From positions 68,822,001 through 68,886,000 of the forward strand of contig CM059438.1 of the NCBI GenBank assembly GCA_030390025.1: a DNA stretch of 64,000 bases, written 5' to 3'. The first letter of the stretch is position 1. Each line of letters opens with the position of its first letter. This document shows positions 34,851-48,047 of this stretch, in pieces. Position numbers and translations under genes: made by a program. The notes under the pieces were generated by a model. It ran no database searches, had not been told where the DNA came from, and worked only from the letters and a program-made list of their open reading frames with translations. The DNA comes from Squalus acanthias. Lineage: Eukaryota.

Positions 34851-37239
34851 GACTGTCAGTACAGTGTCCATTAATGTAACCAAGTGTAGCAGTTTGATTT
34901 TTTTTTTAAATAAATGTAGCTACCTTTTAGTTGCCACAACACTCCTGATACTAAATAATGTTGAAATTATGGAATGAGACTGTTGCACTATGTGAAACTG
35001 ATAAGAAAGCACTGAAACTCCACTAACCTACAGCTGTGACTCATCACTGATGATCCCTTTAAATAATGTCCCTGGAGCTGGCTTCCTGTTGCTTCACGCC
35101 AGCTCTCCCTGTCGCTGTTTCCTCCAGGCGCTAAGGTAGGTGACAACAATCAATTTCACAGATCGGGCAGTCAGTGAGCGTTGCACACTCACTGACGTCA
35201 CGATCCACCTGGCATTGCGGCTCCCGGCGATAACTGTTAGCAATGGCGCTGTGGGGGGCAGGGCGGGATTTGGCGTGCGCCGTTGGATTCGCCTTGCCCC
35301 AGTGATAGTGCTCTAGTGCCCCGTTAGCACCATCTGCTGGCGCTAACAGGAGGCACTAAGGTACCAAATTTTTCCCCCTGAGAGTCAGAGGATTGTTGAT
35401 TTATGTTATGTCCTCATTTTCAAGTTTTCATTGGCCTATAATGTAACTTGGGGGTGAGTTTGTTCTTGGGAGGTAGCACAAAACTGACTGCTGCTACATC
35501 AGAGCAAACCCCCACCTCCAGAAACTGGCTTGAAACCCACTTTGCAGCAGATGGATTTGAGAGATGCTGTTGTGAAGTTTTAATAGAGTTCCTTGTTCTA
35601 ATCTGGATACTGGCCTAAGTATTGGAGATATTGGCACATCTTTTGGTTCGGGGGGGGGGGGGATCAATGTAAAGACTCAAATAGAATTCCCATTATCAGT
35701 ATGGTATGGTTCATACCAGCCAACAGGAAGGGATTTTCTGAGATATCCCAATGATTACCAAAGTACTTAACCCTTTCATCCCTTTCTTTCCCTCGTAAAC
35801 TTTAAAGTACAAGTTTCTGTATCCTGTGGTATGCTGTCTGCTGCGAAATATTCGACTACAAAGCAGTGCTGACTTCTTTTGGTGAATAAAGTGATGAGTT
35901 ATATTTTGGACACTGAAATGCTGTCAAAGTTCTCCAGAGGGATGTGCTGAGCTTTACTTAATGCAATTGACAAATAGCATGTTTTTCTTCCAGTGCTACA
36001 TTCCAAAAAACAGGCTTGAATAATATTCTAATGAAGCTCAGGATAAGAAGCATTGGGCTTCAGTTGGATGATGGTAGGGTTGGCCCAATTGGACTGCCAA
36101 GGAAATATGATGCCATTGTAAGCCAGCCATTTAAACCACCACCAAAAACTGGACAGATAAATACAAAAAGCAGGAAAGGCTTAAGTTAGAAAAGTAATTG
36201 TCAAACATCTTGCTCACTTTCCAACTGGCAACACTAATGTCATCTTAATGCATGTAGATTTTTTTTGTGCACAGAATTCAACCAAAAAGAAAAATGGAGC
36301 ACAAAACCTACACGCCTCTAAATGGGGACAAAATACAAATCGTTTCTTCGCTCACTCCCACTCATTGTCCCGACGGTGATTTGGAAAACACTGTGCTCAT
36401 CTTTTGGTGCCACTCATTTAAGATCAAATCTTGCAAAATATATTTTTGCTCAATAAATCATTTCTGCACAAACATCTGTTCCCTTTCACTGCATTTGAAG
36501 ATACTCCAGATGGTTATGGTGTACTTGCCAATGAAATAAAGAAACCCAGTACAAATGAGTATGAAGAGGAAATTTACATAATAAAGAATTGAGCTGAAAT
36601 TTTCTTGACAATAATTTTCTGTATGGGCATGCTAAAAAAACAACTGCAAGTTTCCTTTGTTCAGTGTTTTACCTGCATGTTGAATATATATATTTATTTG
36701 ACACTAATATTGCTACAGATTCATTTTACTATGCTGTCTTAAATAACCATGGCAAAGGAGGAAATGAAAGGTGTGATTTATACAGATTCTCGAATTTGCT
36801 TGTTGAATTGCTCTAAAGGTTATAAAGGAAGATAGCTGTACATCTACTGGTGTCTCACAGATGCTCAGTGCTTCTGCATTTAAATGAGAGTTGGGGCAGC
36901 CTGGGAATATACATTTCAAAGTCTTCTGAGGTGACATGGGGAATAGAAATAGTGGGGGTGAGTGTGGGATAACCCTTCGAAGACATAATTGTTCAGAACT
37001 TGATACCAAATTCAAAGGGTATTTTAAACCAAATATTTGCTCCTGGCTGCTTCTAAAAGATTAAACATAGTAACAGGGATATCAGTAAAGTGTACAACTT
37101 GAGGAAATTCCATAGCATCGACTTACTCTTTTTAAAGTCCCGCTATATGCAGGATGATGGTGCTAATGCATGGTGCCACAGATTGGTGGAATCCTGTTTT
37201 ATGACTGATTTCTCAGTTTGAGGATCCAGTGTAAATTTG

Positions 37240-37640
37240 CCGTTGTTTATTTCCTCCCCAGTTTATTTCCTGTGTCCACTGAAGGCTCTGACCCTCTTGC
37301 TGATTTGGGCTTCACAGCTGTTTGCTGCCCAACTCTACTTCACCCAAGTGGCCATTATTCATATGTGAACCTTGACGGTGAGAGATGGCAGATTGTTTGA
37401 CCGTGGATGGGGCATTGCAACCAATCCGTCCCTGTTCTCACCTGCTGCCCACATGTGCAGGGGTCACTAAATGATGACTGAATTAGGAAGGTGGCCACTT
37501 TTCCCCACCAGAAACTTGGCCGCCCAGTGGCCGACGGCTATGCCCTATTGCTACACCAGCTGAGTTGGCACAGACGATGGATTGAACCTGAAGTCTTTCT
37601 GCTTGACTGCTGCTCTCAGTGAAACTTGCTGAGCCATTGC
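37240..37640 (-). mobile_element. Old tRNA-headed SINE-like repeat (related pieces at about 10040-10290 and 51065-51283/54539-54640)
   Basis: Minus-strand TGGCTCAG..GGTTCAATCC head; core CACCCAAGTGG(C/T)CATT is shared with the other pieces. Confidence 0.5.
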
Positions 37641-39877
37641 AGGAGCCTCTTATTGCACATTTTCTATCAAATCACAAGCTCGCACATACACCAGTGCAGC
37701 ACCATCTGTTCTGGCAAGACAACCACTTCTGCTCACAATGTGTGAACTGCACGTCAAGAAATACGATTTGTTACAAAGATGGAAATAGCGGAGGTCTCCT
37801 AACATATGCTGTGAGTGAGATAAGCAGCAGAATAAGATAACTGTTGTTTGGGCCCGTAGCACAATACTTGCCAATTTGCAGAATATTGCTCACAAATGAA
37901 AAATGAAGCACCGAACAAATGCTTTACATATGAGCAGATCAAAATTTCCCTTCAAGTTTGATTGTTTTGTTTTCACTAACCCTTTATATTGTGCAGTGCA
38001 ACCGAACCCCAACTAAATATGAATTAAAATTTTATTGTCAACTATTCGATGGGATTCTGTTTTACCTTCATATTACTGTCTTTGCCACCTTATCTTTGGC
38101 AGCTGTTCCATTTTCTCGTGTTCTTACACAGCTTTGCAAAATGTGACAGAACCATTGAATGGCAGATTACTTTGCATTTTCCATACCTCTCAGACTAGTT
38201 TCAAGCAACCACTTTTCTCAAAAGCAGTCGAGCTTTTCGGTCGGTCAGCATTGGTGTCAGGTTGGCCAATTGGGAAGTAGGAGAGTTAGTGTGGTTCTCA
38301 ACGCAAGACTGAAGATAGTGTTGCCTTGAGCAATGTCTTCCAACGAGTCTATGGATAATAAAAAGGAGGCACATCCAACTTCACTTCAGGTCCTCACAGC
38401 TGTGCTCCTCTGAGAAGGAAAACAAAGCAATCTCAGTGCCACTTCTGGAATTGCAGCAATTGTCAACCCCCAGCCCCAAGCAAAACATTTTTGTTTTTAG
38501 TTACAATTAAATTCATCACATTTCAAACCTGCAGACCCATCTCTGTTGGGTTTTAGTTTCCCAATTAAATTTAAAAAACATGTGTTTGGTTCCCAGCCTC
38601 TGACAGACCTCCTACGGCCAATTTTATTAATAATTGGTTTCAGATAATGCTGCTCCATAGGATGGCCACCATGTTCTCTGAAGGCCATTCTTCCTCTTCG
38701 GTTGAGTCCATGCATTTTATGTGGCATTATGCTGATCTTGATCCAAACATTAAATGATGGTCCAAAGGAAGGCTATGATTCTGTGGAGTAAATCATTTTC
38801 AACTCCTCCCCCCCTGCCTCCCAGACTTTGAGAATAAATGTGCACTAACTGAGGAGGCTAATACTTCCTGAAGGCTTTTGGTGTCATTGTACTCGGGTCA
38901 AATGGCCTGGCTCTTGTACTTGGAATTCAGACTACCTCCATAGACATTTTTGAGGCCGGTTATCAAAAGACCTGACTGAGGTTCTGGTGGTGAGAGTCAT
39001 CCATCCTGGATTCTATAATGCCACCCAGGGTATAGACCTTTTCACAGCCCCCAGACCATCTTTGTGTACCTGAAAATTGAAGGTTAAGATTAAAATCAAG
39101 TAGCTGTTGCCCCTTTTCCTGGACTATCCTCAAGAGAGGTTTGGAAGATGTTTGCAAATAACAAGCCATTTCTGCACTCAGGTCTTGCAATGTTTTCGTA
39201 CTTGTTCAATCAAGAAATTTAGCATTAATTCTGAACTTCCAAACTATCATGGTATTGACCTTTAAATATGACATCAAAGGCAACTCATGGGGTTAAGTAA
39301 TGGTATCTCATCATACCTTGGACCTCACGCCTGGCAACACCCATACAGCCCTTTATTGTAATCCTCTAAATTCTGTATCACTTTATAACTACTGCAAATA
39401 GTGATTTTTTTTTTTGGCGCCTGCAGCAACCACATGGAAGACAAGCAACCTTTCCTCAACTGCATGGGCCCTAAAGAAACATGGCTGGTTGTTTCTAAAC
39501 ATCTTCCCTAACTTTACATTTAAAAGTCATCTCACTTTTCTGCCTTGATGTGGCAATGCTTTTACCAACCTTTCACTCGCCCCTTTGCAGCGATTCAGAA
39601 TTTGACATTTCTTCATTTGATGTTGTCCATGCATTGTCTTTTCTCTATGAAATGGATTAATTCTGTCCATCCACAAGCTTGCCTAATTTGAGTTGGGTTG
39701 TGAAGTACTGCAGCTAAAGCTGATCACAGCTAATGTGTTGGCTTCTTGGGTAACATGCTATCGGGATTCCTTAGTGAACCATTTTCTGTATTGCATTGTA
39801 GAAATTATTATAAATTGGACATCTAGCTCTCTACTAAAGTAATTTTAGGTGAAAGGCCCTTTGCAGGAGGGGTCGAA

Positions 39878-42100
39878 TAGGAACATAGGAACAGGAGTAG
39901 GCCATACAGCCCCTCGAACCTGTTCCGCCATTCAATGACGTCATGGCTGATTTGTATCTTAATTCTATCCACCTGCCTTGGCTCCATATCCTTTTATATA
40001 CTTGGCTAGCAAAAATCTATCAATCTCAGATTTAATATTATTAATTGAGCTCGCATCTACTGCTTTTTGTTGGGGAGAGTTACATACTTCTACCACCCTC
40101 TACCACGCGTTTCCTAACTTCTCTCCTGAATGGCCTGTTCCTGATTTTATGGTTATGTCCCCTTGACCTTGACTACCCCATCAGCGGAAAAAGTTTCTCT
40201 TTATCTACCCTATAAATTCCTTTCAAAATCCTAAAAGCCTCAATCAAATCATCCCTTAACCTTCTATAGTCCAGGAAATACAAACCTAGTTTATGTAATC
40301 TCTCCTCATAATCTAACCCTTAGAGCACTGGTAACATTCTGGTAAATCTATGCTGCACTCCTTGAAGGCCAATATATCCTTGCTAAGTCGCGGTGCCCAG
40401 AATTATACACAGTACTCCAGATGTGGTCTAACCAGGGCTTTGTATAGCTGTAGCAAAACTTCCTCCACTTTATAGTCTAGCCCTCTATAACTAATATTCC
40501 ATTAGCCTTTTTGATTATTTTTTGTACCTGACTATTCCATTTTAGTGATCTGTGTACATGGACCCCTAAATTTTTTTGGACCTCCACTGTTCATAGCTCT
40601 TCACCATTTATATAATGCTCGGATCTATCAGTTTTGATCCAAAATGGATGACCTCGCACTTATCTACATTGAAATCCATCTGCCACAGTTTTGCCCACTC
40701 ACTTAATCTATCAATGTCCCTTTGTAATTTTATACTTACCATACCATCAATCTTTGTGTCATTGGGAAACCTGGAAATATAGCTCTCTATTGTGTTATCT
40801 AATTCATTAATACATATAGGAAATATTTGAGGCCCCAGCACAGATCCTTGTGGGACACCACTAGTGACTTCCTTCCAATTCGAATGCCTACCCATTATCC
40901 CAACACTCTATTTTCTACCGCGTAACCAATCTCCTAATCAGATAAATAATTTGCCTTCAATTCCACGAACTTACATTTTAGCTAACAATCTCTTATGTGG
41001 AACCTTATCGAATGCCTTCTGGATGTCCATATAAACTACATCCATAGACATTCCCCTGTCTACTACTTTAGTTAATTCCTCAAAAAATGCAATTAGATTT
41101 GTTAGACATGATCTACCCTTTACAAATCCATGTTGGCTCTCTCTAATCAGCTCAAATTTCTCTAAGTGCTCAGTCACTCTATCCTTAATTATCAATTACA
41201 ATAACTGCCCCACAACAGATGTTAGACTATCAGGTCTATAATTTCCTGGTTTCTCTCAGCTTTCTTAAATAATGGAGTTATATTTGCAATTTTCCAATCT
41301 AAAGAGACAATTCCTGAATCAAGAGAGCTTTGGAAGATTATGGCTAAAGGATCTGCAATTTCCTCACCTACTTCCTTTAAAACCCTGGGATGGAAACCAT
41401 CAGGTCCTGAGGATTTGTCAGTCTTTAATGCCATTATTTTTTTTCTAATACTGTTTTCTGGCTTACATGAACTTTAGTGAGTTCCAGTTCTTGATTCATT
41501 ATTCATTTCCCTGGATTGTCAGGTGTATATTATCCTCTTCCTCTACTGTGAAGACTGACACAAAGTAATTATTCGACAAGTCTGCCAGTTCCTTATTTTC
41601 ATTTGCAATATTATGTTTTTAAAGGGTTCCACATCACCCTTGACCACCCTTTTTTTTCTAATATAATTGTAAAAACGTTTTGTGTTAATTTTGATATCCC
41701 TCGCAAGTTTCTTTTCATTTTCCATTTTTGCAGCTCTTACTATCTTTTTTGTCTCCCTGTGCTGTTCTTTAGATCTCTCCCAGTCCCCTGGATCTACACT
41801 ATTCTTTGCACTTTTATTAGTTCTTTCCTTTAGTTGTATGTTATCTCTCACTTCTTTTGTCGACCATGGCTGTTTTATTTCGTAAGTAGAATTGTTTCCC
41901 CTTGGGGGTATATACTGGTCCTGTATTAAGCCAAATTCTTTTTTGAGCACCTCCCACTGTTCAGCTGTAGTTTTACCCAATTATTTGTCGAATAATTACT
42001 TTGTGTCAGTCTTCACAGTAGAGGAAGAGGATAATATACCTGACATTCTAGGGAAATTAATAATGAATCAAGGACTGGGACTCACTAAAGTTAACGTAAC
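39878..42100 (-). mobile_element. CR1 LINE, 5'-truncated, with a short inverted duplication at its 5' end
   Basis: RT motifs in ORFs 40608-41980; tail GAACATAGGAACAGGAG; 41985-42100 is the reverse complement of 41463-41579. Confidence 0.92.
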
Positions 42101-42388
42101 CAAGTCTCCACTGAAACAGTTTTAGTTGAAAGGCCCTTTGTCGGAGGGGAGGAATAATTTGACTAATTATTTACCTCCTGTTAGATAATTATACCAAATA
42201 TGAAAGTGAATAAATAAATGGATAAAAACTAGCTGAATAGATGCTTAGTTTATGATTTTTCAATAATGGTATGATATAGGAGCTTGTCAGACCACTTAAA
42301 ATATTGACTGTAGACTGTTGAATTATAAAGTAAATGTATATTTTGTTTGAGTAACTATTTTCTCAGAGAAATTTGTTCAGTGTCTACA

Positions 42389-42407
42389 CACTGCCATCTT
42401 GTGGCCC
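42389..42407 (-). promoter_or_regulatory. Candidate CTCF site
   Basis: Minus strand GGGCCACAAGATGGCAGTG closely fits the CTCF core CCACYAGRKGGCRS, in non-repetitive DNA. Motif match only. Confidence 0.5.
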
Positions 42408-44046
42408 AAATTTAAGTGTTTGGGCACAGGGCAGCGATCATCTAATTAGCTTTTACCCTTCATCTTTTCTGCTCCAGTTCTGTTTGATTTAAGATGAAAC
42501 GACTGTTCATTTCCCCTCTGCTTTATGGATGATAGATGATTATATGGCTCGATTATTCTTTTATTTTTGACAAACTTAATCTTTAGTTTCAAAGGGCAGT
42601 TGAAAGTTCATAAAGGGGACACCTACCGCTTGTAGCTCAACAGAGAGATACTCCCTGCCTTCACGCATGAGCAATTGAAGTTACAAGCATGTTTTTCCAA
42701 GGTGAGTCAAACAGTTTTTGTATGGATGCAATCAAAATGTTGTAAAACATGTTTCCTTTTAGTCTATATAAAATTTATATTGGTATAATTTAAATCTTGT
42801 AATGGTGGGATTCTTTCGTGCTGAGGTAAAGTGATGTCAATTGGACACTTCCAATGCAAAGATTAGTTTTCAAGAACTATCATAATGTGTCCCTATAAAG
42901 GTACTAGTTCTACTGTTTTCTAAACCACTCATGACAGACTGGAATGGTTGAAATTCTCTTCAGTTGTATTTGATCGTAGTAAAATAATTTGATAAATACC
43001 CAGAAGCTACAACATATGTTAAGCTGGTCACAACCCCCTTTGTCTGCTGTTACGTGACTGAACTCTTGGAAGAATCTAGCACAAGTTGACACTGACTTGG
43101 CAAATTGCACTTTCACAGATGTAGGAGTGCTTCAATCTGACACAACAAAAAAGAAACAGACACACAACACTGGTAACAGACTGAAGTGATTCTCCGCAAC
43201 AGGAGGGATGTTTGCTCGTCGAAATAGTCTCTTTTCAGCATTTGGGAAGCATCTCATTTGGCTGGCTGCATCCCATCGTTTTCACAAAGAAGGAGGGGGA
43301 AAGAAAGCTGTTGCTGTGTTCTGTTTGAAGAGTGTTCTGAACTGTGCAGGGTGGGTCAGAAGACTAAGCACATACGCTGTGTAAAGGACATGGCTTCTAT
43401 AACCTTTCATTATCCAGCCAAAAGGACATTTCAACTGAGCTTTTGTGCTGGCATTTGCTATCACATTCATTATTAAACAGAAGCATTATAGAGATAATAG
43501 TTGTTAATGTTGCTGCATTTCCCAGGGCACAATTGAATTGAGTGTGGCGAATGCTAAATACTGATGTCTTCCCAGCAATGTTGAAGAGCACGAGCCATTT
43601 TAATACTCATACACTGGAAACTGAGAGATCTGAGTTGCCCGAATTTTGACCAGATCTGTCCTGTGAATGTAAATATGCCCGTGCTGTGACCCCAATCTGT
43701 TTCAGTGCAAAGTAAATTCAGCTCCAGGGTTGGATTTCATGTTAGTACTGATTCAGGTACAGCACAATGTGAATGTGTGTTCATTGTGTTTGTTGCTGTT
43801 TCTGCTCTGTTATGTCCAACTGATGAGCAAAACCACATCTGTATAACATGCAAAAGTCAATGATCTGTGATGACACATGTGTGTGCAGCAGCTGGTGCTG
43901 ACACAGGCATGGGTGCAAATGAATCAAAACCTGACTGTGTAGAAATGTTATGTTCCAAGCAACCTAGACAGTCTCACTGGTTGGTTATTCACCCTGGTTA
44001 AGTCACTGGCGCATTACATGAACCAAGTGTAAGCTTGTGTTGGTAA

Positions 44047-44362
44047 GAAGAAAGACTTGCATTCATATACCGCCTTTCATGACCTCAGGATGTACCAAAG
44101 CACTTTACAGCCAATGAAGTACTATTTGAAGTGTAGTCACTGTTGTAATGTAGGAAACACGGCAGCCAATTCGTGCACAGCAAGGTCCCACAAACAGCAA
44201 TGTGATAATGACCAGATAATCTGTTTTAGTGCAGTTGATTGAGGGATAGACATTGGCCAGGACACCGCTCTTCTGCAAAATAGTGCCAAGGGATCTTTTA
44301 CATCCACCTGAGAGGGCAGACGATTTAACGTCTCATCTGAAAGACAGGACTGCCGACCGTGG
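44047..44362 (-). mobile_element. 5'-truncated DeuSINE flanked by a 46-bp direct repeat
   Basis: SINE tail and body match 5770-6236; the flanking repeat copies are 44001-44046 and 44363-44408. Confidence 0.9.
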
Positions 44363-46359
44363 AGTCACTGGAGCATTACATAAACCAAGTGTAAGCTGGT
44401 GTTGGTAAACTATAGTAATGGACACCCTAATGTTATCCTAGGAAAACCAAAAGGGTTAATCCAAATCCCTTTACAGATAAAGGAATCTTGCATTCTAGTA
44501 TTATCAGGTTTTTCCAATTATGACTGGTGCCAGTTGAACTGGGTCTGAGCAGAACTGCACTGCCAGATGGATTGATTTTTGTGTTTGTTTGCCACCAGAT
44601 AAGGCTAACAAGCTAGTGAAAATCTTCAACGGCCCTGATGTCTGAAAATTTATCATCCCTTATGTTTTTGTCACTCCTAACTGGAGTCCTGTCCTTCACA
44701 AAACAAATTAAAATCTGCCAATCACAGCTTTTAACCTGTCTGTAAAGTTGAATGACACAATGGAAAGGGTCCACGTGACTGAATGGGTCCTCTTGATGAC
44801 ATCTCCTCAGTAGGACTTCATTGGTGATAAATGGATGCATTTAAGGTCTTCAATTGGCCACTCAACTCGTGAGGTTTTGAGTCTTTGAGAGAGGCCAAAG
44901 AATAAGTTTTTCGGTAGGATAGAGTTTAAAGAACATAAGATAAGAACATAAGAAATAGGAGCAGGAGTAGGTCATCCGGCCCCTCGAGTCTGCTCCGTCA
45001 TTCAATAAGATCATGGCTGATCATCGATCGCAACTCCACTTTCCCGTCTGATCTCCATATCCCTTGATTCCCCTAGAGTCCAAAAATCTATCTATCTCAG
45101 CCTTGAATATACTCAAAGACTCAGCATCCACAGCCCTCTGGGGCAGAGAATTCCAAAGATTCACAACCCACTGAGTGAAGAAATTCCTCCTCATCTCGGT
45201 CTTAAATGGCCTACCCCTTATCCTGAGACTATGCCATGTAGTTCTAGACACTCCAGCCAGGGGAAACAACCTCTCAGCATCTACCCTGACAATCCCCTTC
45301 AGAATCTTGTATGTTTCAATGTGATCACCTCTCATTCTTCTAAACTCCAGAGAGTATAGGCCCATCCTACATAATCTCTCATCATAGGACAGCCCTCTCA
45401 TCCCAGGAATCAATCTAGTGAACCTTTGTTGCACCGCTTCCAAGGCAAGTATATCCTTCCTTAGATAAGGAGACCAAAACTGTGCACAGTACGCCAGGTG
45501 TGGTCTCACCAATTGTAGCCTGTACAATTGTAGCAAGACTTCCCTACTCTTATACTCCAACCCCCTTGCAATAAAGGCCAACATACCATTGGCCTTCCTT
45601 ATTGCTTGCTGTTCCTGCATGCTAGCTTTCTCTGTTTATTGCACAAGGACACCCAAATCTCTCTGAACGCCAACATTTGAAAGTTTCTCATAATTTAAAT
45701 AATATTCTGTTTTTCTAATCTTCCTACCAAAGTGAATAACCTCACATTTCCCTACATTATACTTCATCTGCCACCTTACTGCCCACTCACTCAGTCTATC
45801 TATATCCCTTTGCAGACCCTTTGGGCTCGATTTTAATAGCCCTGAGGAGACAGGTTTGGAGGCGGGTCAGCAGCGAAAATCGGAAAAAATGCTGTTGGGC
45901 TGCGACCCCGCCTCCATCCCGCCCCCACGCGATTTTCGGGAGTGTCGGGTCAGCTGCTCCTGAACTGACCCGACGGGAAACGGTGGGACAGGTAGTTAAG
46001 GCAGTTAACAGGCTGTTAACTGCCTTGCTAATCCTATTTTTATAGTAGTTTCTGATTTTCGTGCTTCTGGCTCCTGTTTCCTGTCTTGCCAGAAACATGC
46101 CAGCTGCAAGGAGACGAGATTCTCAAGGACATGATTTGTAGTCATTGGTGCAGCACTTTAAAAGCGCTCCTGTAACATGGCTGACATTCAAATGCAACAA
46201 CTTTGTTGTTGGAGGTTTGGGATAAGATTTTGCAAATCTACTGACATTGTGACTGGTCAAGCTGACACCCATCTGCAGTGTGACCTGATTGGAATAATTT
46301 TCGGCCACTTTGAGTGTGCGCTTGCAAGCTTCTTGCCTCAACTGAAATCTATAGCAACG

Positions 46360-47621
46360 GGATAGGAACCATTTATATCCTCTCATCCTGGTCGTCAGAT
46401 TTGGAGGACGAGCAGCCGCAGCAGCTCCACAACCAGCCACAACAGTAGCACCAGCACCAGGAGCGCCAACCTCCTCCTCACCCAACTGATGATGCACAGG
46501 GTGAGGGCCTCAGCGCAGGGCTGTACCTCGCCGCAGGAGATACCCCCAACACAGGGTTTACAGGAAGAGGATCAGCTTCCTCAGCATGACTGAACAGCAG
46601 TGCCAAAGGAGGCTGAGACTTTCGAGAGAGGTAGTCGCTGACATCTGCACAATGCTGCACCAACACCTGGAGCCCAGAGGAGCGTGTGGACACCCCTTAC
46701 CAGTGGCTAGTGGCTGTCAAAGTCACCACTGCACTCAACTTCTTTGCTTTGAGCTCCTTCCAGGGATCAGCTGCAGACATCAGCAGCATCTCCCAGTCAG
46801 CCGCACACACCTGCATCACGCAGGTTACCGATGCCCTCTTTGAAAAGGCGCACAATTACATCCACTTCTCCATGGATGGCCCAAGTGTGACTATGTGTGC
46901 GGTTGGCTTTGCCAATATGGCAGTCTTGCCAATGGTGCAGGGCGTCATAGACTGCACACATGTAGCCATTAGGGCCCCCTATCACAACCCAGCTGTATTT
47001 GTCAACCGCAAGGGATTCCACTCCCAGAACGTCCAGCTGGTGTGTACCCACAGGAAGATAATCATGCATGTTTGCGCTAAGTACCCTGGCAGTTGCCATA
47101 AATCCTTCATCCTGCGCCAGTCTACTGTGCCTCAGCTCTTTCATCCGCCAACCCAACTATCCGGATGGCTTCTTGGCGACAAGGTCTACACCCTGAAAAA
47201 GTGACTTATGACACCGATGAGGAGACCATCAAACAAAGCTGAGGAGCGGTACAATGTCAGCCACAGTTCCACCAGAAGCAACATCGAGCAAACCATCGGC
47301 TTGCTCAAAATGCGCTTCTGATGCCTGGACAGATCTGGTGGAGCCTTGCAGTATGCACCAGCCAGCAAGTCCAGAATCGTCGTGGTCTGTTGTGCCCTGC
47401 ACAACATCACACAGCAGCGTGGCTTAGTGCTGCCAGACGAACAAGTGGCTCAGCACACAGCCTCCTCGGAAGAAGAGGAAGAGGACGAGGAGGAGAACGA
47501 AGAGGAGGAGGATGACGGGGAGCGACACCTTGCAGGTCCCGATGTGGCCAATTCAGTAGCACGCGACCACATTGCTGGCCGTCAGGCAAGGGATGCACTC
47601 ATCCATGCCAGATTCGAGTAA
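46360..47621 (+). pseudogene. Harbinger transposase pseudogene of element C
   Basis: [22 protein letters not shown] and NIEQTIG motifs; frameshift from an AGTGGCT duplication (46702-46715); stops at 47202 and 47319. Confidence 0.92.
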
Positions 47622-47807
47622 GCTTATGCTTCAACCACAGGTGGCTGGCACATGGAGATGAATAGAAGTCCGACATTCTCAAAACCCCAGGCTTCATCTG
47701 TCCAATAAACGGTGGTTTGCGCTCAGTGTCACCACCAACATTCTAAATGGAATTCTCCCTGAGCCCTCTCTCTTGAACTTCCATTTCCCAGAACACAGAG
47801 GCCACAC

Positions 47808-48047
47808 TTAAGATGATCTCAGCAGATCATTAAACCTTTTTCGACACTGAACCCATGTGCATCTGCACACAGACCTCGAGCTCACCTCCTCAGCAATTTG
47901 CAGCCAAGCTGCCTTGGTTTGCTGAGGAGGCCCCCTCTTTCCGTTTCCAGGGAAGAGGACCTCCTGACGACCTATAACTCCCTCCACAAGAGCATGGAGG
48001 GAGCCCTCATTGAACCTGGGTGTAGCCTTTGTTTTTGGCGCAGCCAT
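47808..48047 (-). pseudogene. Myb/SANT exon 1 remnant of element C
   Basis: MAAPKTKATPRFNEGSLHAL...W...CTWVQCRKRFNDLLRS; exons 2-3 are absent. Confidence 0.85.

Larger units (their letters stand above)
31393..35378 (-). mobile_element. Decayed autonomous-type Harbinger (element B), relative of A in opposite orientation
   Basis: Ends GGGCTAGAAATT and AATTTTTCCCCC; the right subterminal region is homologous to A's left end; same two-gene layout; TSD not preserved. Confidence 0.9.

Noticed and set aside
37619..37840. Possible coding exon (Cys/His-rich ORF ending near GCT|GTGAGT)
   Set aside because: No recognisable domain, no convincing acceptor, and no partner exons.
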